Part shown: one piece after another, positions 23,309 through 33,688 of the stretch
Position numbering within the stretch: position 1 is the stretch's first letter
How the letters are laid out: each line of letters opens with the position of its first letter
Assembly (NCBI GenBank): GCA_944392815.1
Contig: CALXXY010000002.1
Location: 1-64,000, forward strand
Origin: an uncultured Alphaproteobacteria bacterium
GTDB taxonomy: Bacteria; Pseudomonadota; Alphaproteobacteria; Rs-D84
Length of the DNA stretch: 64,000 bases
Reading direction: 5' to 3'
The notes under the pieces: generated by a model
The model's database searches: none
Told to the model about the DNA's origin: nothing
What the model saw: the letters and a program-made list of their open reading frames with translations, nothing else
Position numbers and translations under genes: made by a program

Positions 23309-23599
23309 TCAAAATCTCTTTGTTTTTTGTACCTTTTTTATCTGCACAAAACATCTGTTCAGAATTATTTCAACGGACCACCCCGCGATTATAAATCTGT
23401 CAGAACGCGCAGAATTCTGTGTTTTTTTCTTTCCTTGTTTACACGGAAAGCGAATACACTATAACCACGAACCCGCATATTGTCAAGCAGAATTTGGGGA
23501 TTTTTGCCGAAAAAACGGCTGGAAATTCCCAAAAATCCGGGACGTACAAAATTCCCACAAAATGACAATTTTTTTATTGGTACAAAATTCATGAAACAG

Positions 23600-23922
23600 G
23601 TTCCCCCTTTGCGACGAATGTGGCTGCCGACCTCGTCCCATCGCGGGGTAAAGTTCCCCTCTGCGGAGGGGAACTAGTTCCGCGACGGGACGAAGACCAA
23701 GTTCCCCTCTGCGGAGGGGTGGCGCGCTTTGCGCGACGGGGTGGTCATTACTCGGACACTCTGCCCCTGTCATTGCGAAGGAGTACGATCAACGTTGAAA
23801 ACGTTGGCGTACAACTGCGGCAATCCAGTGGTATATGTCCCGCGCGCATGCGCGGACATTATCTACACTCTATACTCTACACTCTTCACTCTGATAAAAA
23901 ACGGGGCCACGGCCCCGTTTTT
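23600..23922. repeat. Mosaic repeat cluster: two aagttcccctctgcggagggg palindromes, GTCA-tagged 60-bp unit (23769-23828), hairpin, heptamers and terminator
   Basis: Direct copies at 23651 and 23699; other modules shared with 3030-3338 and 36990-37800. Confidence 0.85.
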
Positions 23923-23941
23923 TCATTTGATGTAAATTCAA

Positions 23942-24706
23942 TTAGAATTCCACACCAAACTTTACACCATAGGCAAAGCCGTCAACAATATCCCAGGAAC
24001 CGGCCTCTTCTTGGTGCACCATTTCTTTGCCAACGTATGCACCAACAAATTTGGCATCATCAATGTTATAGTTCACGCCCAATTTGCCCAACCATGTGCC
24101 ACGTTCATTCTCATCGTCCAGGCCAATCTGGTATTCTGCGCCCAGAACCAAAGCCCAGCTTTCGTTCATGTTAAAGAACGCATCAGCACCGGCGCGCAAC
24201 ATATGCATTCCATCATCGCCCCAATTGAACGATTCAGAATTGGCATAGTCAAATGCAACATGTCCTGCGACCGCCCACGATGCTGTTTCATAACCAACTG
24301 TTGCACCAACTGTCCATTGATACCATGTATTATCTTCGCCCAGGAATGTTTCGCCATACGGCCATACGCCATAAAAGCCGTATGATCCAAATACATCGGC
24401 TTTCCAATTTGCACCATCAAACACACGATAATCTACGCCGATACCAAAAGTATTCCACCCGGCTGTATCAAACCAATCAGATTCACTTAACGTTGTGGCC
24501 AGGCCAATTGCCAATCTGTCTGTCACACCATAACCGAATTCTTCGGTCAGCGCATATGCATTAGATGACTTTGACCCTGATTCCAAAGACGTCACACTGT
24601 AAAAGCGTCCCTGGTCCGGACGATACAACGGATTATCGTTGATTGCCGCGTTTGCACCAGTTGCCGCAAAAACTGCCAACAAAGATGTTAAAACTAATTT
24701 TTTCAT
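23942..24706 (-). CDS. Outer membrane beta-barrel protein
   Basis: Signal peptide, aromatic-rich alternating strands, C-terminal YGVKFGVEF beta-signal. Confidence 0.8.
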   Translation of the reverse strand: MKKLVLTSLLAVFAATGANAAINDNPLYRPDQGRFYSVTSLESGSKSSNAYALTEEFGYGVTDRLAIGLATTLSESDWFDTAGWNTFGIGVDYRVFDGANWKADVFGSYGFYGVWPYGETFLGEDNTWYQWTVGATVGYETASWAVAGHVAFDYANSESFNWGDDGMHMLRAGADAFFNMNESWALVLGAEYQIGLDDENERGTWLGKLGVNYNIDDAKFVGAYVGKEMVHQEEAGSWDIVDGFAYGVKFGVEF

Positions 24707-24963
24707 GATATATCCTTATGGTTCAGTTAAAAAACTAGATTTACTACCTAGCTAGGAATATTGTACCGCGCGATTCGCCCCCTGTTCAAGGACAAAGATT
24801 TTTGCTTTTTTCCCAAAAATATGGTATATTGTGGCCGTTCGCGAATCGGATTCGATTCCCATTATTTTTAATGAAACGCCCAGGAAACTGGGCGTTTTAC
24901 CATACAGCATATATATTTCGTTTCAAAATTAAATCATTAACAAATTTAACGAATGACGCGTTT

Positions 24964-25980
24964 TTAATTCCCATTTTGAATTTTTTTTATCACACGCCAG
25001 TCAGCATGATTTTTTACATGTTCCGCATACGTGCGCGAAAACCTGTGCCCACCGTTGCCATCGGCCACAAAAAACAAATAATTCGTATCAGCCGGCGTCA
25101 ACACTGCATGTATCGCGTCCAGCCCCACATTTGCAATTGGTGCCGGCGGCAATCCCGCATGAGTATACGTATTATACGGACTGTCTGTTTTTAAATGATT
25201 GCGCAGCAACGGCCGCCCACGCATATCCCCCAACCCATTGGTCAGCGCATAGACCACCGTCGGGTCGGCCTGCAACCGCATGCCATCGCGCAACCGGTTC
25301 AAATACACACTGGCAACAATCGGCATTTCAGATTTTTTTGGTGTTTCTTTTTGCACAATGGACGCCAGCGTTATAACATCGTTCCATGTTTTCAGCGGCC
25401 GCGGTGCAATACGCCCCGCCCTGTCCCAGTTATGTTCCAATTCCACCATTTTTTTACGCATTAAATCCAGCAACGCCAATCGCGACGTCCCGCGCGCAAC
25501 GCGATACGTATCCGGGAACAAATCCCCATCGTGCAAATTGCACACCGGCAAATCAGTCCCCACACCACATTCCACATCGCCGGTCAAATCATCATCGGCC
25601 AACAATAATTCTTTGATTTGTTTGACGGTCAGTCCCTCGGGCACGACGATGGTTGTTGCGGCCACATCGCCATGCGCCAACATATCAGCAATGCGCCAAA
25701 CACTGGTTCCCCGCGGAATGTCATATTGCCCAGATTGAATTCCGCCGCCATTTCCCCGCACGGCTATTTTAAACAGCGCAACCGAATCGATTAAATCGCG
25801 CGATTGCAACCGCGTGGCCACGCCCGACACAGTATCCCCACGTGCCACCACGAACGTGGCGTCACGCGTCACAGCGGACCGCACACCAAATATATACAAC
25901 GCCGCGATAACCACGACAACCACAGCGCCACACACAAAATTAATGAATTTTTTGGATTTAAATAATTTTTTCGCTTTCAT
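24964..25980 (-). CDS. mltG: Endolytic transglycosylase MltG
   Basis: N-terminal TM, VPEG, LFPDTY, LASIVQKE, RLQADPT, SPYNTY..GLPPAPIAN. Confidence 0.95.
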   Translation of the reverse strand: MKAKKLFKSKKFINFVCGAVVVVVIAALYIFGVRSAVTRDATFVVARGDTVSGVATRLQSRDLIDSVALFKIAVRGNGGGIQSGQYDIPRGTSVWRIADMLAHGDVAATTIVVPEGLTVKQIKELLLADDDLTGDVECGVGTDLPVCNLHDGDLFPDTYRVARGTSRLALLDLMRKKMVELEHNWDRAGRIAPRPLKTWNDVITLASIVQKETPKKSEMPIVASVYLNRLRDGMRLQADPTVVYALTNGLGDMRGRPLLRNHLKTDSPYNTYTHAGLPPAPIANVGLDAIHAVLTPADTNYLFFVADGNGGHRFSRTYAEHVKNHADWRVIKKIQNGN

Positions 25981-26047
25981 GACGAAATAATTATACAGAT
26001 AAAAAACGAACTTGCAAAAACAAAAACAAATCTTTTATAATATGCAC

Positions 26048-26240
26048 GAATTCACAATGGATTATGTGGATTCGGGGTTCTAACAAGCCCGCAGCTCACC
26101 GGCGTACAACGCTGTCAAAAATCCCGACATATGGTCGGGGTGCCACAGGAATAAGGGTCCGCCCAAACACTGTGGAATCATAGTGAGTTGTGATTTTGTT
26201 AGCCCCCGACCACCATCAATTGTTGGTGGTTTTATTTTTT
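26048..26240 (+). ncRNA. Candidate structured RNA or 5' leader, copy B
   Basis: TTGCAA(26012)/TATAAT(26036) promoter, 5' hairpin, closing stems ggggttctaacaa/ttgttagcccc and cgcagctcac/gtgagttgtg around three hairpins, then accacc..ggtggtt-T-rich terminator. Confidence 0.6.
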
Positions 26241-26268
26241 ACAATACTCTAACTGGGGGGGGGATAAC

Positions 26269-26601
26269 ATGACACATACAAAATCCGCGCCGGACGCCAC
26301 AGACGCACGCATTGGCGAATTAATAAAACAGGCCCGCACAAAAATGGGCTATGCCCAGGCGGATTTGGGGCGTGAAATTGGCGTCACTTTTCAACAAATT
26401 CAAAAATATGAATCAGGTGCCAATAAAATCGGCGCGGCCACATTGCACAAAATTGCAAAATTTCTTGAAATCCCGGTTGCTTGGTTTTATGACGAATTGG
26501 ACAGCCCATGCCAAACGCAGAAAATCAGAAACTGCGCGACGCACCGCCCCGCATTAAACGACGCGTTTGATAATCAGGCATCTGACGCAAACGCGCAATA
26601 A
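26269..26601 (+). CDS. XRE-family helix-turn-helix regulator
   Basis: IGELIKQAR..QADLGREIGVTFQQIQKYESGANKI, typical alphaproteobacterial HTH_3 signature. Confidence 0.9.
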   Translation: MTHTKSAPDATDARIGELIKQARTKMGYAQADLGREIGVTFQQIQKYESGANKIGAATLHKIAKFLEIPVAWFYDELDSPCQTQKIRNCATHRPALNDAFDNQASDANAQ

Positions 26602-27832
26602 ATTGTTCGTATCCGGGTTTGTTTTTTAATTCATCGCGCCATTTGTTATATTGCGCAACAAATTTTTTCAGCCAATTATCAACCGTAATTGAAATATTTT
26701 TGTTATATTCGGCCATGTTTTTGGCGTCTGAATGTTTATATTCGGGGTCAAATGCGTCAACCACCCCATCGAAATATTTATGAAAATCAATCGGCGCAGC
26801 CCCGGTTAAATCACGCACAACATCGTCCAAAATTTGTGACCGCGTTCCCCGATGATTTAATTCAGAATTAATATAATCATACAGCGAATTCAAATCGCCC
26901 GATTTACTGATTAAATTATTATCAAACACCCCATCGCCATCAAACACCGATTTTATATCACCAGACACATTTTCAATGGCGGACGCCACAGAACTGAAAT
27001 GCCCCTTGTTGCTGGCCACGCCGTCCAATCCGATATTCTGGGCCGCACGTGCGGCACTGTCCGCGACAAGACCCGCATCATCAACATGCGTCACAGAACG
27101 ATAGCCCATTTTTTCGGTCGTATTTATAACAGCCATATCGCGCACAACATTTGCCAAAATTGCATTTTGACCGTCACGCATCATGCCGCGAATAAACGCA
27201 TTTTTATCACGCGCGCCATCATACATTTTTTGCGCTGTTTTTCCCGCACGCATTAACATATCTTTGATTTCCCATTCGGGAATTTCATCACGCGCCAATT
27301 TATCATACTCATAGCGCTGCATATCACTCATGCGCGGTAATATTTTTTGAATGTCGTCCTGGGTAAATCCGTCAATTTTATAAATCGTTTCATTGCCCTG
27401 AATTTTATACAACGCGCCGTCCGCCACGTCCCCAGGCCGCACAATATGTGCATCGGCCGGCAACACCAATCCTGTTTTCACATCTGGCGCGAAATAGGTA
27501 TCAAACAAAGACACCTGCAGCGGATTCCCATTTGACTGTACCAAATCCGAGTATGGCGCCAAAATCACAAACTGCATATCGTTCCAACTGCCGCCACTGT
27601 GACCCTTGACCGGGTGATTTAGCGTCACATGCACAGTCGCACGCGGCAATTCAAAATTTGTCGCCATCGCCGTCGTCGGAACAGCCAGGCGCCCATCAGG
27701 CAACCTGCGCGGCATGTATTTTGTGCAATGCACCGTCAGCCAATTTGCCGGATTGGACATATACGCCACCTGGGCGTCTTCGTCAAAATTTAATTGTTCG
27801 GTTGCCCGTTTGAAATCTTCTTTGCTTGCCAT
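26525..27832 (-). CDS. Hypothetical protein (~435 aa)
   Basis: Long ORF with LTVHCTKYMP and RATVHVTLNHPVKGH..GSW. ATG 27832 lies 7 nt after TATAAT. Confidence 0.8.
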   Translation of the reverse strand: MASKEDFKRATEQLNFDEDAQVAYMSNPANWLTVHCTKYMPRRLPDGRLAVPTTAMATNFELPRATVHVTLNHPVKGHSGGSWNDMQFVILAPYSDLVQSNGNPLQVSLFDTYFAPDVKTGLVLPADAHIVRPGDVADGALYKIQGNETIYKIDGFTQDDIQKILPRMSDMQRYEYDKLARDEIPEWEIKDMLMRAGKTAQKMYDGARDKNAFIRGMMRDGQNAILANVVRDMAVINTTEKMGYRSVTHVDDAGLVADSAARAAQNIGLDGVASNKGHFSSVASAIENVSGDIKSVFDGDGVFDNNLISKSGDLNSLYDYINSELNHRGTRSQILDDVVRDLTGAAPIDFHKYFDGVVDAFDPEYKHSDAKNMAEYNKNISITVDNWLKKFVAQYNKWRDELKNKPGYEQFIARLRQMPDYQTRRLMRGGASRSF

Positions 27833-27896
27833 GTATGAAATTATACCACAAACAACCAAAAAATACCACCGCCGTTTCCGGCGGTGTATTACATTG

Positions 27897-29591
27897 CTAC
27901 TTATCTTTTTCTTTATCGTCGTCCTTGCCCAAACCCATAACATTTTTCACAGGGTCGATAATAGTTCCCTTGGCACTGTCCAACGTACGAATCAGCGCGC
28001 GACGAATTTTCCCGGAAATGGTCATCGGCAAACTGTCCACGAATTCGATTATTCGCGGATATTTATACGACGCAGTCCGTGCGCGCACATGATCCTGTAA
28101 TTGGCGCACCAAAACATCAGTCCCCTGGAAATATTTGTTCAAAACGATTGTCGCTTTGACCGCCATACCGCGCGACGGATCAGGCACGCCCGTGACGGCA
28201 ACCTCGCGTACGGCGGGGTGTTCCAACAACACACTTTCAACCTCGAACGGGCTGACACGATACCCAGACGTTTTGATTAAATCGTCATTGCGCCCAACAA
28301 ACCAATAATATCCGTCATTGTCGCGATACGCCACGTCACCAGTGTGATAAAAACCATCACGAAAAACCTTGGCCGTTAATTTTTCATTTTTGTGATATCC
28401 CTGGAACAGCCCAACAGGACGCCCATTTTTCAACGACACACAAATTTCACCAACTGTCCCGGCGGGCACAGGGCGACCGCCCTCGTCCAACAATTGCACG
28501 TCCCACCCCGCCGCAGGCATACCCATACTGCCGGGCTTTGGTTCAATCCACTGATTCGTAAACATCATCACACATGTTTCAGTTTGGCCAAACCCCTCGT
28601 GCAGTTTTATATTGGTTGAATTGTAAAAACGTTCAAAAACCTCGGGATTTAATGCCTCGCCTGCGACATCGGCCTTGGCCAGCGCAGACAAATCATATCT
28701 TTTAAAATCCGCATGGATTAACATTTTATACACAGTCGGTGGCGCACAAAACGAAGTGACATGATTATCAGCCATCGCATGCAGCAAATCATGCGCCGTT
28801 GCAATGCCTGCAAAATCAAACACAAATACAGTTGCCCCAGCCAACCATTGGCCGTACATTTTACCCCACGAACATTTTGCCCAACCCGATTCGGACAAAG
28901 TAAAATGCACATCGCCATCATGCAAACGCTGCCAAAATACCGCAGTATTAATATGCCCCAACGGATACATAAAATTATGCGCCACCATTTTCGGCATGTC
29001 TGTGGTGCCACTGGTGAAATAAATCACCATGGTGTCAGTGTTTTCATTCATAACGCGTTCAATCGTATCCGGCATAGTATCAATCGATTCGGCAACTTCG
29101 ACATTGGAAATCAATTGAACATCGCGGTCGCCAATGGCCGATTTAATTTCATTTACAATATGCCCATCATCAAACGCAATAATCGCCTTGGATTCCGCCT
29201 GTTCTATGCGATATTCGATATCTTCGGCCTTTAATTGATTGGTGGACGGAATAGGAATCACGCCAATTTTATGCATTGCCAACATTAAAATCCAATATTC
29301 CCAACGCCGCCGCATAAACAGCAACACAGTATCCCCACGCGTCAACCCCCGCGACGTCAGAAAATTCGCCACAGAATTCGACATACGCGACAATTCACGA
29401 AAACTGAATTCTTTTTTTTCACCGCTGTCATCGGTCCACAGCAACGCAACCTTGGTTGGTTCCTCGCGTGCTAAAACATCAATCACATCATAAGAAAAAT
29501 TAAAATGTTCTGGAACAATTGGCGCGCCATTTTGGACATAGTCATCATAACTGTCAAATTTATCTTTTTTTAAAAATTTCAACGCAAACAT
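27897..29591 (-). CDS. AMP-forming acyl-CoA synthetase (short/medium-chain type)
   Basis: YFTSGTTDMPK, EGFGQTET, YHTGD, GRNDDLIKTSGYR, TISGKIRR. Confidence 0.92.
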   Translation of the reverse strand: MFALKFLKKDKFDSYDDYVQNGAPIVPEHFNFSYDVIDVLAREEPTKVALLWTDDSGEKKEFSFRELSRMSNSVANFLTSRGLTRGDTVLLFMRRRWEYWILMLAMHKIGVIPIPSTNQLKAEDIEYRIEQAESKAIIAFDDGHIVNEIKSAIGDRDVQLISNVEVAESIDTMPDTIERVMNENTDTMVIYFTSGTTDMPKMVAHNFMYPLGHINTAVFWQRLHDGDVHFTLSESGWAKCSWGKMYGQWLAGATVFVFDFAGIATAHDLLHAMADNHVTSFCAPPTVYKMLIHADFKRYDLSALAKADVAGEALNPEVFERFYNSTNIKLHEGFGQTETCVMMFTNQWIEPKPGSMGMPAAGWDVQLLDEGGRPVPAGTVGEICVSLKNGRPVGLFQGYHKNEKLTAKVFRDGFYHTGDVAYRDNDGYYWFVGRNDDLIKTSGYRVSPFEVESVLLEHPAVREVAVTGVPDPSRGMAVKATIVLNKYFQGTDVLVRQLQDHVRARTASYKYPRIIEFVDSLPMTISGKIRRALIRTLDSAKGTIIDPVKNVMGLGKDDDKEKDK

Positions 29592-29722
29592 ATTCGACCC
29601 TTTATTAGTACCCTGGAAAGTATTGCAAATAAATCGCCAATGTAAAAGAAAAATGACAACTAAAAAAAGGTTGATTTTTTATCACAACAGTTGCATAATC
29701 GCCCTGCTTGCTGAACAGTTTT

Positions 29723-29782
<60 letters not shown>

Positions 29783-29799
<17 letters not shown>

Positions 29800-29997
29800 C
29801 AAAATGAAAACCACCCAACGGGTGGCTTTTTGTTTTGTGCCTGTGGTGGGTTCGAACCAGCGAAGGAAGCTGTTCGAACCGCCGGCAAGAGGCGGACGGA
29901 AGTACGCCGGTGCAGCGCGCCACGCGCGCAAACGCGCCCAGGTGACGAAGTAGCCCAGTCACTCCGACCACAAAATAAAAACCACCCAACGGGTGGA
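29783..29997 (+). repeat. Direct repeat of the tRNA-Pro 3' end plus terminator (29783-29825 and 29954-29996)
   Basis: cccagtcactccgaccacaaaat(g/a)aaaaccacccaacgggtgg occurs twice, 171 bp apart. Confidence 0.85.
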
Positions 29998-30050
29998 TTT
30001 TTTCTGCCCTGTCCGCTACAAATAAAAAAACGGGGCGCGTGGCCCCGTTT

Positions 30051-31304
30051 TTATTTTTCAAATCGTTTTATTACCAATGACGCGTTTGTTCCACCAAACC
30101 CGAACGAATTGCTTAACGCAACGTTAACAGGTCTGTTTTGCGCCACATTCGGCACCAGGTTGAAATCACCGACTTCGTCCTCGGGATTTTCCAGGTTAAT
30201 TGTCGGCGGCACAATGCCATCGCGTATCGCCATGACACAGAATATCGCCTCTACCGCGCCGGCCGCACCCAACAGGTGCCCTGTCATGGATTTGGTTGAC
30301 GACATGCAAACATCGGTGCCGGCAAACAAAGTTTTCACAGCACTCAATTCACCCAAATCACCCAACCCAGTCGATGTTCCGTGCGCATTAATATAATCAA
30401 CGTCGGTCGGCGACATACCAGCATCATTCAACGCCGCCTGCATGGCGCGCATACCGCCCTCGCCCCCGGGGGCCGGCGCTGTAATATGATACGCATCACC
30501 CGACAGTCCGTATCCTGCGACCTCGGCATAAATTTTTGCGCCACGGGCAACAGCGTGTTCGTATTCTTCTAAAACCAGAATACCCGCACCTTCGCCCATA
30601 ACGAACCCATCGCGTTCCTTGTCCCATGGGCGCGACGCTTTGGTCGGTTCATCGTTGCGGGTGGATAATGCCTTCATCGCACAGAACCCAGCAACCCCGA
30701 TTTTACCAACTGCGCCCTCGGCCCCACCTGCAACCATAACATCGGCATCACCATGTTGAATCAAACGAACGGCTTCGCCAATGGAATGGGCGGCCGACGC
30801 GCACGCCGTCACGACGGATAAATTTGGACCCTTTAACCCATATTTAATGGAAACATGTCCAGCGGTCATATTAATAATAACCTTTGGAATAAAAAACGGA
30901 CTGATGTGGCGCGGACCATTTGCATACAATTCCGCACAGTTATCGTATATTGTGTTCAATCCGCCAATACCCGCACCAATGGACACACCCATACGGGTTT
31001 TATCACCGTCATAGTCAATCAATCCCGCATCGCGAATGGCCTCGTCCGCGGCGACCATGCCGTACACAATACATTTGTCCATTTTACGCTGTTCGCGCAC
31101 ATCAACAACCGCGTCGGGATTATATTGCCCCGGTTCAGTTCCCACAACAGGCAACCCCGCGATTTGCGACGTTAAATCAGACGCGTCAAACGTATCAATT
31201 TTACGAACGCCGGAAACACCATTAACGATATTTTTCCATGCGTATTCGATACCAGTTCCAACCGGCGATACAATACCCATACCGGTAATAACAACTCGTT
31301 TCAT
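30051..31304 (-). CDS. fabF: Beta-ketoacyl-ACP synthase II
   Basis: VTACAS, YINAHGTST, TGHLLGAAG, NSFGFGGTN. Confidence 0.97.
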   Translation of the reverse strand: MKRVVITGMGIVSPVGTGIEYAWKNIVNGVSGVRKIDTFDASDLTSQIAGLPVVGTEPGQYNPDAVVDVREQRKMDKCIVYGMVAADEAIRDAGLIDYDGDKTRMGVSIGAGIGGLNTIYDNCAELYANGPRHISPFFIPKVIINMTAGHVSIKYGLKGPNLSVVTACASAAHSIGEAVRLIQHGDADVMVAGGAEGAVGKIGVAGFCAMKALSTRNDEPTKASRPWDKERDGFVMGEGAGILVLEEYEHAVARGAKIYAEVAGYGLSGDAYHITAPAPGGEGGMRAMQAALNDAGMSPTDVDYINAHGTSTGLGDLGELSAVKTLFAGTDVCMSSTKSMTGHLLGAAGAVEAIFCVMAIRDGIVPPTINLENPEDEVGDFNLVPNVAQNRPVNVALSNSFGFGGTNASLVIKRFEK

Positions 31305-31430
31305 ACTGTTTATCCTTTATCTTGCACACCCACATGATACCCTGTTTATGGGCACACGTACAGAAAAAAATCCGTCAAGCGTAAAAAACACTGTGACGGA
31401 TTAACGTAATCTGGTGCATTCACCCCAAGA

Positions 31431-31664
31431 TTATTTTTTGTGTGCTTCGATATAAGCAACTGCTTTATCAACAGTATCCAATTTCGATGCATCTTCATCT
31501 GGGATTTCAATGCCGAATTCTTTTTCAACTTCCATAATGAATTCAACAACGTCCAAAGAATCTGCGCCCAAATCATTCACGAACGAAGATTTTTCTTCGA
31601 CTTTTGCCTCTGGCACGCCCAATTTTTCGGACACGATTTTTTTCACTTTTTCAAAAGTTGTCAT
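31431..31664 (-). CDS. acpP: Acyl carrier protein
   Basis: [11 protein letters not shown]. Confidence 0.98.
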   Translation of the reverse strand: MTTFEKVKKIVSEKLGVPEAKVEEKSSFVNDLGADSLDVVEFIMEVEKEFGIEIPDEDASKLDTVDKAVAYIEAHKK

Positions 31665-31798
31665 TTTTTATCCTTTGTTTCAGTTAAATTTGTGGCCCAA
31701 TCCTGGGCGTCATTACTTAAAACTATCATTTTCCCGCCCCAGTGTCAAGGAATTATAACAAATTATAACAAACGCTTGACACAGGCCAAAATATATGT

Positions 31799-32797
31799 TT
31801 ATGCCATCACATCGGATAACAGCGTATTCATATTTGTGCGAAGATCTTCGCGATCAGACGCCCAAGTCAATTGACGCATTAAAAATTTATTCACATCGTC
31901 CATCGTCAAATTGGGGATCCCGGCCGCATTCACCACACGCCGCCACGCCGTGCGTGGGTCAGTCAAATGCCCCCGCCCCCGTCCAGGAAAAACCCAACGT
32001 CCGTCCTGGGGCAAATCCTGCAATAAAACCACCGCCATATCAGACAACGGCCGATCGCACCATGTATAATGATTAAAATCCAAATCGCGCCACTGCATAG
32101 AAAACACCTGGGACTTTGGCGCGAACCCATATATCAACATTAAAAACGCAGCCCGCAAATTCGCGTCACTTTCGCGTTCAATCGCCCGCACCAGCCGATG
32201 AAATCCATGAATATTCAGCGGCCGCACCCGACGATGCTGCACAACACGTGGCAACCCCGCCACGGGATTTTGTTTTGCATATCCCGAATCCAGCGCATAT
32301 TTAAACACACTTTGCAAAAATTCCTGCATACGTCCCGCAATCGCCCGACCAGAAATATTGCCAATCACACCCGCAACATCATCGGACGTAATATCGTCCA
32401 AATTTTTATCCAAAATGGGCACAAAATGCCGTGCAATTGCACGTTCCAGTTTATCGCGTGACACACTGTTTCGCCGCACACGCGCGTTCAAATAAATATC
32501 CAGAAATTTTTTCAGCGTAATTTTTTTCCTGCGTAAGCGCGGCTTTTGCATGGCAGATTCCAAAATATCAGGCACCGCACTGCGCGCATCTTCTATATCC
32601 ATGGTTGGATAATTTCCGATAATTATCCGCTTGTCCCGTCCATGCACACGTTTACGAACAAAAAAAGTTTTCACCCCGCGACTGGTCACATACATACGCA
32701 GCCGTGGTTCAGATATATCCTGGACGACATCAAACCCGGTGGCCGGCGGTGGCAAATTATCCAAAATAAATGAATTAAAAAAGAATTGGTGTGCCAT
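31799..32797 (-). CDS. Tyrosine-integrase-like protein with arm-type DNA-binding N-terminus; catalytic residues appear degenerate
   Basis: LRMYVTSRGVKTF..IIIGNYP..IEDAR arm domain, NPVAG, QWRDLDF, WVFPG. Expected R, HxxR and Y are not found. Confidence 0.75.
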   Translation of the reverse strand: MAHQFFFNSFILDNLPPPATGFDVVQDISEPRLRMYVTSRGVKTFFVRKRVHGRDKRIIIGNYPTMDIEDARSAVPDILESAMQKPRLRRKKITLKKFLDIYLNARVRRNSVSRDKLERAIARHFVPILDKNLDDITSDDVAGVIGNISGRAIAGRMQEFLQSVFKYALDSGYAKQNPVAGLPRVVQHRRVRPLNIHGFHRLVRAIERESDANLRAAFLMLIYGFAPKSQVFSMQWRDLDFNHYTWCDRPLSDMAVVLLQDLPQDGRWVFPGRGRGHLTDPRTAWRRVVNAAGIPNLTMDDVNKFLMRQLTWASDREDLRTNMNTLLSDVMA

Positions 32798-32827
32798 GGC
32801 CTGTACCCCTTTGGTTAACCATTTCAG

Positions 32828-33256
32828 TTATTTAAATCTGGCATACAATTTTCTTTCCGCCCAAAAATATCTTTTTTCCATGCTTAAATTCGCCCATTTT
32901 TCGCGCGCCGCAAAATACGCAGCATTACGCGCGCCAAAACCGCACCCCGGTTTTTTACATGGGAATATTCCGCTGAATCCAGGGCATTCAAATTCACCAA
33001 ACTGCGGTCTGGATTCACTGGTTTTTACATCACGCACAGTTTTCACATATTTAATTTTGCACCCAACAGACAACCGCGCCATAGCATCATCGGCATGCCC
33101 CACATTATTTGTTAATCTGCGCGCAGCCGCCTCGTAATTTTGCTTGGCCTCGGCCCATTCGCGTTTAATATCCGAATATTCGCGAATATCAGAAATGATA
33201 TCCTTTAATGGTGTTTTAATTAAATAATTCACAGTATCAGAAAACATTTCCAACAC
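32828..33256 (-). CDS. Cys-rich hypothetical protein, paralog 1
   Basis: CPGFS..CKKPGC..N..YF..FW motif shared with two neighbours. Confidence 0.75.
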   Translation of the reverse strand: MLEMFSDTVNYLIKTPLKDIISDIREYSDIKREWAEAKQNYEAAARRLTNNVGHADDAMARLSVGCKIKYVKTVRDVKTSESRPQFGEFECPGFSGIFPCKKPGCGFGARNAAYFAAREKWANLSMEKRYFWAERKLYARFK

Positions 33257-33263
33257 CCCTATT

Positions 33264-33680
33264 TTATTTCACACGTGCAAATTTCCGCGCCCAAAATTCA
33301 GCCCTGCTCTGCTTCAGTTGTTTCAATTTTCGACGCGCATCAAAAAACGTGTTGTTATGTGGCAAATACCGACAGTTTTCATACGAACAGCGCCAACCGT
33401 CCTTGGAAAATTTAGGACAATTCAAATCATACTGACGCGCAATATCCATACGCATCTGAATATCGTATTCCCATTTCCAAAACTGTTGCACGCACCCAGC
33501 AAACGGATTTGCATACGGCATGCCATATCGGCATTCACCCCTGTCCACAATCATGTTATCGTATGCCGCACGCGACACGCGCCGCACAGACGCGATTTGT
33601 GCGCACAACGCACGGAACTGACCGATATCAGTCCACACGTTGCGAATCGGTGTTTTAAAAACGTATTGCATAAATCCCAT
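33264..33680 (-). CDS. Cys-rich hypothetical protein, paralog 2
   Basis: CPKFS..CSYENC..N..FF..FW. Confidence 0.75.
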   Translation of the reverse strand: MGFMQYVFKTPIRNVWTDIGQFRALCAQIASVRRVSRAAYDNMIVDRGECRYGMPYANPFAGCVQQFWKWEYDIQMRMDIARQYDLNCPKFSKDGWRCSYENCRYLPHNNTFFDARRKLKQLKQSRAEFWARKFARVK

Positions 33681-33688
33681 TGCAAACC

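Noticed and set aside
29954-29970. Second tRNA gene
   Set aside because: Only the 3' 17 nt are present; no D or anticodon arm.
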